This document shows positions 42,286 through 51,098 of a stretch of DNA of 64,000 bases, in pieces. The position numbers and the translations under genes were made by a program. The notes below the pieces were generated by a model. It was given only the letters and a program-made list of their open reading frames with translations. It was not told the origin of the DNA and did not search any database. The DNA comes from Candidatus Pampinifervens sinense. GTDB taxonomy: Bacteria > Aquificota > Aquificia > Aquificales > Aquificaceae. The DNA is taken from the NCBI GenBank assembly GCA_037927135.1, contig JAXSPP010000002.1:1-64000 (forward strand), written 5' to 3'. Each line of letters starts with the position of its first letter. Position 1 is the stretch's first letter.

Positions 42286-42332
42286 TTCCGACCCTCCCCA
42301 GTTTATATTTTAAGCTTTAAGCTATACTTTAA

Positions 42333-43793
<1,461 letters not shown>

Positions 43794-43797
43794 TTAA

Positions 43798-45138
43798 TTA
43801 TATTCCAACCTCAATGCCGTACTGCCTTATCTTCCTGTAGAGGTTGGAAAGGTCTATGCCTATGGTCTCCGCAGTCCTCTTGAGGTCATAGTTATACTCC
43901 CTTAGCTTCCTTTCTATAAACAGTTTTTCAAACTTCTGTCTTGCCCTCCTTAGGTCCTTTTCTAAAAGTAAAGAGTTTATGTCCTCTGGCTGGTGGTCAA
44001 AGCCAAGCAAGTATCTTAAATCCCTCTCTGTTATCTGTATCCCTTCATGCAATAGGGCAAGCCTCTCCATAAGATTTTTTAACTCCCTGACGTTTCCTTT
44101 CCATTGGTAGGTAAGCAAAAGCCTTTTGGCATCTTCACTCAAATATTTGCTGGGCTTTCCATACTTCTTAAGGTAGTGGTCCAGAAAATGTTCTGCCAGA
44201 AGAAGGATGTCATCACCCCTTTCTCTAAGCGGTGGAAGGCTAATCAAAAAGGTGGATATTCTGTGATAGAGGTCCTCTCTAAACCTGCCCCTTTCTACTT
44301 CTTCTTTCAGATCCTTGTTGGAGGCGCATATGAGCCTAAAGTCGGACCTTATGGTTTGAGTGCCCCCAAGCCTTGTAAACTCCTTTGTCTCCAAAACTCT
44401 CAAGAGCTTGGCTTGAGCTTTGGGACTGAGTTCGGATACCTCATCAAGGAACAAGGTGCCACCGTGGGCAAGCTCAAGCTTCCCTAGCTTTCTATGAGTG
44501 GCTGAAGTGAAGGCTCCCTTCTCATAACCGAAGAGCTCTGCTTCCACCAGATCCTCTGGGAGTCCTGCGCAGTTTATGTCTATAAAGGGCCCTTCAGACC
44601 TGTTTGACAGCCTATGTATGCTTCTTGCTACAAGCTCTTTACCCGTCCCACTTTCACCTATTATGAGAACGCTGGCATCCGTTTTGGCTATCTTGTTAAT
44701 CAACTCCTTCACATACAGCATCTGTTTGCTTTCACCCAAAATCTCATCTTCATCCTTTTCCCTTCTTGACCTTATGGTCTCTTTGAGTGCCTTTTCTATG
44801 GTTAGCAGAAGTCTATCCATTGAAAAGGGCTTTTCCAAAAAGTCATAAGCCCCCTCCTTTACAGCCCTTACTGCGTGCTCGCTTTTGCCATGGCCCGTTA
44901 TCACTATGATGGCAGACCCCGGGAGGCTCTCTTTGAGATAGCCTATATAATCAAGGCCGTTTCCATCGGGAAGCCAAAGGTCCAAAAGGACGCAGTGGAA
45001 GTAGTTTTTCTCTACCAAGCCCTTCATAGACCTTATACTGTCTGCAGTAAAGACCCTATAGCCCTCCTCCTCAAGTATGCCCTTTAGAGTATCCCTTATG
45101 GCCTTCTCATCATCCACCACAAGGATGTTCACTTCCAT
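43798..45138 (-). CDS. sigma54-dependent response regulator (NtrC/NtrX family)
   Basis: Receiver VVDDE/LLD/KP, GESGTGKE, GAFTSA, LFLDEV, FREDLY, Fis-type HTH. Confidence 0.9.
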   Translation of the reverse strand: MEVNILVVDDEKAIRDTLKGILEEEGYRVFTADSIRSMKGLVEKNYFHCVLLDLWLPDGNGLDYIGYLKESLPGSAIIVITGHGKSEHAVRAVKEGAYDFLEKPFSMDRLLLTIEKALKETIRSRREKDEDEILGESKQMLYVKELINKIAKTDASVLIIGESGTGKELVARSIHRLSNRSEGPFIDINCAGLPEDLVEAELFGYEKGAFTSATHRKLGKLELAHGGTLFLDEVSELSPKAQAKLLRVLETKEFTRLGGTQTIRSDFRLICASNKDLKEEVERGRFREDLYHRISTFLISLPPLRERGDDILLLAEHFLDHYLKKYGKPSKYLSEDAKRLLLTYQWKGNVRELKNLMERLALLHEGIQITERDLRYLLGFDHQPEDINSLLLEKDLRRARQKFEKLFIERKLREYNYDLKRTAETIGIDLSNLYRKIRQYGIEVGI

Positions 45139-45145
45139 AAGAAAA

Positions 45146-45790
45146 TTATAAAAGGTCGGTAAAGATATATGTTCTTAGGCTACCTTTTATCCTACTTGCT
45201 GGAATGTTTTTGCCCCTTAGCATAGCCTCAAGGGCTTTCCTCTTTTCTTCACCTTTTAAAAAGAAGATGACCACACAGGACATATTTAAGTATTCCTCCT
45301 TCAAGGAAAGCCTCAAAAGCCCATCGGGGGACTTACTTAGACACACCTTGGGGCTCACATCCTCACATTCCACTCTGGGGAATAAGGAGGCCGTATGCCC
45401 GTCTTTGCCCACGCCAAGGAGGGCTATATGTAGCCTTTCTGGAAGCTGAAGGCTGTAATCCATAGCGCACTCCTCTGGTGGCATCTCCGTTTTAAAAAAG
45501 GCCAACCTTGCCCTCTCTCCAAGGGCTTCTTTTATGTTTTTATAGTTGCTAAACTCGGAAGAGAGAGGCACATACCTTTCATCGCTAAGATAAAACCTTA
45601 GCCTGTCCCACAGAAGCTTTTCCTTTGATAAGATTCTGTAGAGTTCAAGGGGTGTCCTGCCACCAGCTAGGGCCACATGGCAGAGCCTCTCCTTGTTTAG
45701 AAAAAGTTTAAAAAGCCTTTTTAGAAACCTGACAAGATAATTCTCTGGCTCTTTGCTTGAATGTATAAGATAGCTTGCCAGCTTTTTCAT
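45146..45790 (-). CDS. pgl: 6-phosphogluconolactonase
   Basis: ALAGGRTP, DERYVP, SN, LLGVG.DGHTASLFP, PA. Confidence 0.88.
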   Translation of the reverse strand: MKKLASYLIHSSKEPENYLVRFLKRLFKLFLNKERLCHVALAGGRTPLELYRILSKEKLLWDRLRFYLSDERYVPLSSEFSNYKNIKEALGERARLAFFKTEMPPEECAMDYSLQLPERLHIALLGVGKDGHTASLFPRVECEDVSPKVCLSKSPDGLLRLSLKEEYLNMSCVVIFFLKGEEKRKALEAMLRGKNIPASRIKGSLRTYIFTDLL

Positions 45791-45809
45791 AGGAATATAC
45801 TATAAACCT

Positions 45810-46648
45810 ATGGGGTTTTTACTGATCATCTTCCTCTTTTGCAGCGTTCTCTTTGCAAAGGAGGTTAGGGTGGGCTTTACCGCTGTGATCTCAAAGGAGG
45901 ATACCTACACAGTTTACAGCTTTTTGGACTATCTGTCAAGGAAGACTGGACTTGTTCTGAAGCCAGTGTTTGCAAAGTCCTATGACGAGATGGACTTTTT
46001 CCTATACACGGGCTATGTGGACATCGCCTATATATGCGGAGCTCCCTTTGTGGAAGGGTATAAGAGGTTTGGCTACAGGATACTTGCAGTCCCTACCACA
46101 AGGGAGGGACCCGTGTACTATTCCTATGTTATAACCAGAAAGGAGAAAAGGTATAACTCCATCTTTGATTTTCAAGGAAAGGCCTATGCCTTTTCTGACC
46201 CCAAGTCAAACTCTGGCTCCATCGTTCCTACCTATATGCTTATGAAAAAGGGTTACAGCCCTTCCAATTTTTTCAAACCACTCATTTACACCTACTCTCA
46301 CAGCCAATCCATAATGGCCGTTTACAAAGGTTTTGTTGAAGGGGCAAGCGTGGATAGCCTTGTATACCACCAGGTTCTAAAGGTGAACCCAGAGATGGCT
46401 GAAAGTCTTAAAGTGGTGCAAAAATTTGGCCCTTTTCCTACCACCCCTTTGTGTACAGAAAAGGTTTAGATAAGGAGGTAGTTAAAAAGATAAGGCAAGC
46501 CCTGCTGGCTATGAACAAGGATGAGGAAGGGAGAACGCTACTCCAAAGGATGGGAATAGAGGGCTTTATCCTTGTGGACATAAGCTTTTACAAACCCATA
46601 CAAGAGATGATAGCCTTCATAAATAAGCATGAGGTGGCTGTTAAATAA
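45810..46648 (+). pseudogene. PhnD/SsuA-type periplasmic substrate-binding protein, frameshifted near 46445-46450
   Basis: Signal peptide, Y.SYVI, AFSDP.SNSG...P; adding one base at ACCACCCCTTTGTG restores PTTPFVYRKGLD and joins ORFs 45810-46469 and 46451-46648; may be a sequencing error. Confidence 0.75.
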
Positions 46649-48330
46649 ACTGTTAAAGCTTAGCATAGGAGCCAAACTCTCTCTTTCCTTCATGTTTGTA
46701 ATCCTTCTTACCTCCCTACCCATATCTACCCTTATGCTACTATGGCTTGAAAGGACCTTAAAAGAACACATTGAAGACACCATAAGGAAGGAGATCTTAT
46801 CAAGGGAAAACGATGTAAGGAATGCCCTGCTAAACGGTGACTATTGGACCATCTTTAAACAGGTGGAGTCTCTCTCAAGGCTAAAAGGTATAAAAGATGT
46901 GGCAGTTGTAGACAGCTCGGGCTTTGTCTTGGCCCACTCAAACCCCATGGAATACCCTATAGGTACCTACTTACCGAATTACGAAAGGCTGGAAAAGATA
47001 CCCATAGACAGCTACAACTATACGTTGGCCTACGTGGTCTTCCGTATAGATAAGGAGGCCATAGAAGCCTCCCTTATTCCTCTAAAAATAATCTCCGCAG
47101 GCCTAACTTTCTCCTTGCTCTTTATCGGCATTTTAATGGGCCTTATAGTATCCCTGAGGATTTCAACAAGGTTAAGGAAGGTCCTTAATATGGTAGATAG
47201 CTTTGAGAAGGGCAGGCTTGAAAAGGTTGAGTTTTTAGAGAAGGATGAAATAAGCACCTTTGGTGAATACATGTACAAAAGCCTTTCAAGGATCAACACT
47301 ATGATAAAAAACTCTATCTTTGAAAGGGACTTCTATCAAAGCCTTGTAAACAGCCTTCAGGACATTTTACTGATACTTGACAGGGATGGGAGGATATACT
47401 ATGCCAATAGTATGATTGAAAAGCTAGGCTATACATACGAGAGATTACTCGGTAGGTCTGTGCTTGTGCTTATAAAGGATAGCAAGGATAGAAGAAGGAT
47501 AAAGTCTAAGTTAAGGTCAGGGGAGGCTTTTATAGAAAAGGTAAAGATAAGGGCAAGCTCGGGCGACCTTTACGCCATAATGAGCTTTGTGCCTACCGAA
47601 GAGGCCATCATAGTCTCCATTAAAGGATGTGACAGAGCTCGTAAAGATGGAGGAGAACTTAAAGAGGATGGAGGTATTCTACATGCTTGGAGAGCTTAGC
47701 GCTGGTTTGGCCCATGAGTTGAAAAACGCCCTACTTCCCATAAAGCTACTATCTGATGTTCAAGATTGGGATGAGGAAGACATAAGGGTTGTAAGGTCTG
47801 CCATAAACAGGATAAACAACGTAGTTAGCACCATGCTGGAGTTTGCCAACCTAAACAGCCATCCGGAGGAGAGGGTTTCTTCAGAAGAGATTATAAACTC
47901 GTGGCTGAGCCTTTATGAGCCTTTGATAAGGAGGAAAGGGATAAAGGTAAGCACCCATGTGGATGATTTTAGCTTTAAGATAAACAAGCAAGCTTTCCAG
48001 ATAATCTTTAGCAACCTTTTCAAAAATGCCTTGGAGGCTGTGCCGGAAAATGAAGGGGAGGTGGAGGTACACTTAAAAAAGATAAACGGTAAGGTAGTCT
48101 TAATAGTAAAGGATAATGGCCCTGGTATACCCGCCAAGTACAGAGATAAGATATTTGAACCCTTCTTTACCACCAAGGGAAATAGTGGTACAGGTCTTGG
48201 CCTCTCCCTGGTTTTAAAATATACCTATGAAATCGGTGGATACTTGCATATGGAGACAAAGGAAGGAGGTGGTACAAAATTTGTCCTTGAGGTGCCATTA
48301 AAGGATGGAGAAGAGGATTTTGATAATTGA
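46629..48330 (+). pseudogene. sensor histidine kinase (TM-HAMP-PAS-HisKA-HATPase), frameshifted near 47622-47624
   Basis: Two TM helices, PAS, LAHELKN, NLFKNALEA, DNGPGI, FEPFFTTK, GTGLGL; removing one A at ATTAAAGGAT restores IKDVTE; may be a sequencing error. Confidence 0.8.
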
Positions 48331-49636
48331 TGACGATCCTGCGGTGCTATATGCTATAAAGAGGGTGCTTACTCAGAGGGGCTTTATCGTTTACACCTTA
48401 GAGTCTCCCGACAGAATGGAGGAGTACATAGATAAATGCCACCTTCTTGTGGTGGACATAAGGCTTATGAACAGGTCTGGGATTGAGGTGGTTATGGATT
48501 TGAGGAGCAGGGGTATAAACATACCCGTCATATTCATAACAGCTTATACAGACTTTGATAACATAGTTCAGGCTTCAAAGCTTGGTGCAGTGGACATACT
48601 TAAAAAGCCCTTTGATATAGAAGACCTTCTGAGGGCTATCAACGTTGCTTTAGATAGGGATAAGGGGAGGATAGTAGACCACTACGAAGAGGAGCATAAG
48701 GTAGTTGGCGCATCTAAGGCCATGTTTGAGGTCTTTAAAAAAGTTGGAATAGCAAGCACTAACGACCTGAACGTGCTTATAACTGGTGAGACGGGCGTGG
48801 GTAAGGATCTGGTGGCAAGGCTTATACACGCCAATTCAAACCGCAAAAATGGCCCCTTTGTGGTGGTTAACTGCCCTTCCGTGCCATGGGACCTTTTTGA
48901 GGTGGAGCTCTTTGGCTATGTTAAAGGTGCCTTTACAGGGGCAACCACTGACAGGAAGGGCAAGGCGGAGCTTGCCAACGGTGGAACCCTTTTCCTGAAC
49001 GAGATTGGAGACCTCCCCTATAAACTTCAAGCAAAGCTCCTAAGCTTTATAGAAAGAAAGGCCTTTTACCCAGTTGGTGGAACGAAAGAGATAACCGTTG
49101 ACGTGAGGTTCATCTTTGCTACCAACAGAAACCTAAAAGAGCTCATAGCAGAAGGTAAGTTTAGAGAGGATCTCTATCATAGGATGAACCAGATGGAGAT
49201 ACACATACCACCATTAAGGGAGAGGAAGGAGGACATAGAGCCCCTCATAAACCACTTTATAGCCATGGTAAACAGAGAACTTGGACTGAAGATAACTGGA
49301 ATATCAAAAAAGGCCCTTGAATTAGCCCTTAAACATCCTTGGTATGGCAATGTGAGAGAGCTAAAGAATGTCATATATAAAGCGGCTATAGATACAAAGG
49401 CAGGTGTAATAGAGAGCCTACCCTTAAAGGAGGAGAGGGCTAAGGGCTTTTCCCTTGAGGAGATGCTTGACCTATATATATCCTCTAAAAAGGAATCAGA
49501 ATTGGCCAACGCCCTTGAAGAGCTTGAAACAACCTTTATAAGGAGGCTACTTGAAAGGTACGGAGGAAACAAAAGCAAGGTGGCACAGCTCCTTGGCATA
49601 TCAAGGAATACCCTCAACGCTAAGCTAAAGGAGTAG
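48305..49636 (+). CDS. sigma54-dependent response regulator with Walker B D-to-N change
   Basis: Receiver IIDDD/VVD/KP, GETGVGKD, GAFTGA, LFLNEI, FREDLY, HTH. Confidence 0.9.
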   Translation: MEKRILIIDDDPAVLYAIKRVLTQRGFIVYTLESPDRMEEYIDKCHLLVVDIRLMNRSGIEVVMDLRSRGINIPVIFITAYTDFDNIVQASKLGAVDILKKPFDIEDLLRAINVALDRDKGRIVDHYEEEHKVVGASKAMFEVFKKVGIASTNDLNVLITGETGVGKDLVARLIHANSNRKNGPFVVVNCPSVPWDLFEVELFGYVKGAFTGATTDRKGKAELANGGTLFLNEIGDLPYKLQAKLLSFIERKAFYPVGGTKEITVDVRFIFATNRNLKELIAEGKFREDLYHRMNQMEIHIPPLRERKEDIEPLINHFIAMVNRELGLKITGISKKALELALKHPWYGNVRELKNVIYKAAIDTKAGVIESLPLKEERAKGFSLEEMLDLYISSKKESELANALEELETTFIRRLLERYGGNKSKVAQLLGISRNTLNAKLKE

Positions 49637-50969
49637 CCTTACCCTTCAAAAGCTTCCTAAGGGTTATCCTGTTTATGCCTAAAACCTTGGCCGTTTTAGA
49701 CTGGTTTTTACCAAGGATTGAATAGGCCTCCTCCACTATGGCATAGCCTACACTTTCTAAAAGCTTACGGTATATGCCCCTCTCACCAGCCTCTATAAGC
49801 CTTCTTACCTCCATCCTTACAACCCTGTCAATGTCCTGTGGCTCATACTCTTCCACCACAAGCTCCAAATCCTTACCTCTTAAAACATCGCCATCACTTA
49901 AGGCTATGGCCCTTCTTAGCATATTCTCCATCTCCCTCACATTACCGGGCCAGCTGTAGCTAAGCACCTTATCCAAAAAGTCCCTTGTATAACCCCTTAT
50001 CCTCTTTCCCATCTCGACGGATAAGTTCCCTATTATGCAGTTGAGCAAAAGGGGTATGTCTTCCTTTCTTTCTCTTAGAGGGGGTATATGTATATGCACC
50101 ACGCTTATCCTGTAGTAAAGGTCCTCCCTAAAGAGCCCCTCCTTTACCAAACTCTTTATATCTTTATTGGTGGCGCAGATAAGCCTAAAGTCGCAGGGAA
50201 CCTCCTTTGTGCTTCCAAGCCTCCTTAGCTTCTTCTCCTGCAAGACTCTTAAAAGCTTCGGCTGTAAGGCCAAGGGTAGGTCCCCCACCTCATCCAAAAA
50301 TAGCACACCACCCTTCGCCATCTCTATAAGGCCAGCCTTAGAGGTAGAAGCACCTGTAAAGGCTCCCCTTTCGTATCCAAAGAGCTCAGCCTCAAACAAC
50401 TCCGGTGGCACTGCAGAGCAGTTTATGGCCAAAAAGGGTCCATTCCACCTTTTTGAAAGCTTCCAAAGGGCCTTTGCAAAAAGCTCCTTTCCCACACCAG
50501 TCTCACCCGTTATTAAAACTGGCACATCCAAGGGTGCTACCTTCCCAATGGTCTTTAAAACCTCCTTCATCCTTCCCTCAGGGTTCCCTATTATGGAACA
50601 TAGCTCCTTACATAGGTCTCCAGAGAGGTTCTCTTCGCTGTAAACTATAGGTATTACTTCTTCCCTGTGGTAGAGCTCATTTTTAGCCTTTTCAATCACC
50701 TCCCTTAACTCCTTAGGATTTATGGGCTTTAGAAGCACATCATAAAAGCCAAGGCTCATAAGCTTCATGGTGTATCCTGGTAAGGTCCTTCCCGTTATGG
50801 CTATAACCAAGTTCCCATCCTCTTTAAGGTCTGGCAGTGGTGAAAGCCCAACTGTGTCCACATCCAAGATAACTATGGAGTTCCTTAGATCCTCTGGGAG
50901 TTCATCAACAGCTTTTAGGCCTTCCACCCTTAAGCCCCTGTCCTTTGTATACATGATAATAGATTCCAT
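49620..50969 (-). CDS. sigma54 enhancer-binding protein with degenerate receiver domain
   Basis: GETGVGKE, GAFTGA, LFLDEV, FREDLYYR, WPGNVRE, HTH; receiver lacks the N-terminal acidic pair. Confidence 0.9.
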   Translation of the reverse strand: MESIIMYTKDRGLRVEGLKAVDELPEDLRNSIVILDVDTVGLSPLPDLKEDGNLVIAITGRTLPGYTMKLMSLGFYDVLLKPINPKELREVIEKAKNELYHREEVIPIVYSEENLSGDLCKELCSIIGNPEGRMKEVLKTIGKVAPLDVPVLITGETGVGKELFAKALWKLSKRWNGPFLAINCSAVPPELFEAELFGYERGAFTGASTSKAGLIEMAKGGVLFLDEVGDLPLALQPKLLRVLQEKKLRRLGSTKEVPCDFRLICATNKDIKSLVKEGLFREDLYYRISVVHIHIPPLRERKEDIPLLLNCIIGNLSVEMGKRIRGYTRDFLDKVLSYSWPGNVREMENMLRRAIALSDGDVLRGKDLELVVEEYEPQDIDRVVRMEVRRLIEAGERGIYRKLLESVGYAIVEEAYSILGKNQSKTAKVLGINRITLRKLLKGKATPLA

Positions 50970-51005
50970 GTTTATTAATTATACAAGCTGTTTACAAAAT
51001 ATACA
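50969..51005. promoter_or_regulatory. tandem enhancer-like sites TGTTTA-N5-TATACA
   Basis: TGTTTATTAATTATACA (50969-50985) and TGTTTACAAAATATACA (50989-51005), 20 bp apart. Confidence 0.7.
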
Positions 51006-51057
51006 TGAGCTATATCAGGTAGGCTTGAAAGGTCATTATCTTTTTGAGGCTTCCCCC

Positions 51058-51073
51058 TGGCATGCACTTTGCA
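51058..51073 (+). promoter_or_regulatory. sigma54 (-24/-12) promoter
   Basis: TGGCATGCACTTTGCA: GG-N10-GC matching TGGCAC-N5-TTGCA; AGGAGG SD follows at 51085. Confidence 0.85.
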
Positions 51074-51098
51074 TTGAGTTAGATAGGAGGTGGATAAT

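Larger units (their letters stand above)
35556..42330. other. AT-rich accessory island between queA and guaB
   Basis: Visibly AT-richer than flanks (not computed), CGN Arg codons more frequent, no housekeeping genes; no integrase or flanking repeats seen. Confidence 0.7.

Noticed and set aside
32834-42330. tRNA-Thr as the integration site of the island
   Set aside because: Three core genes separate them; no duplicated tRNA end, direct repeat or integrase found by eye
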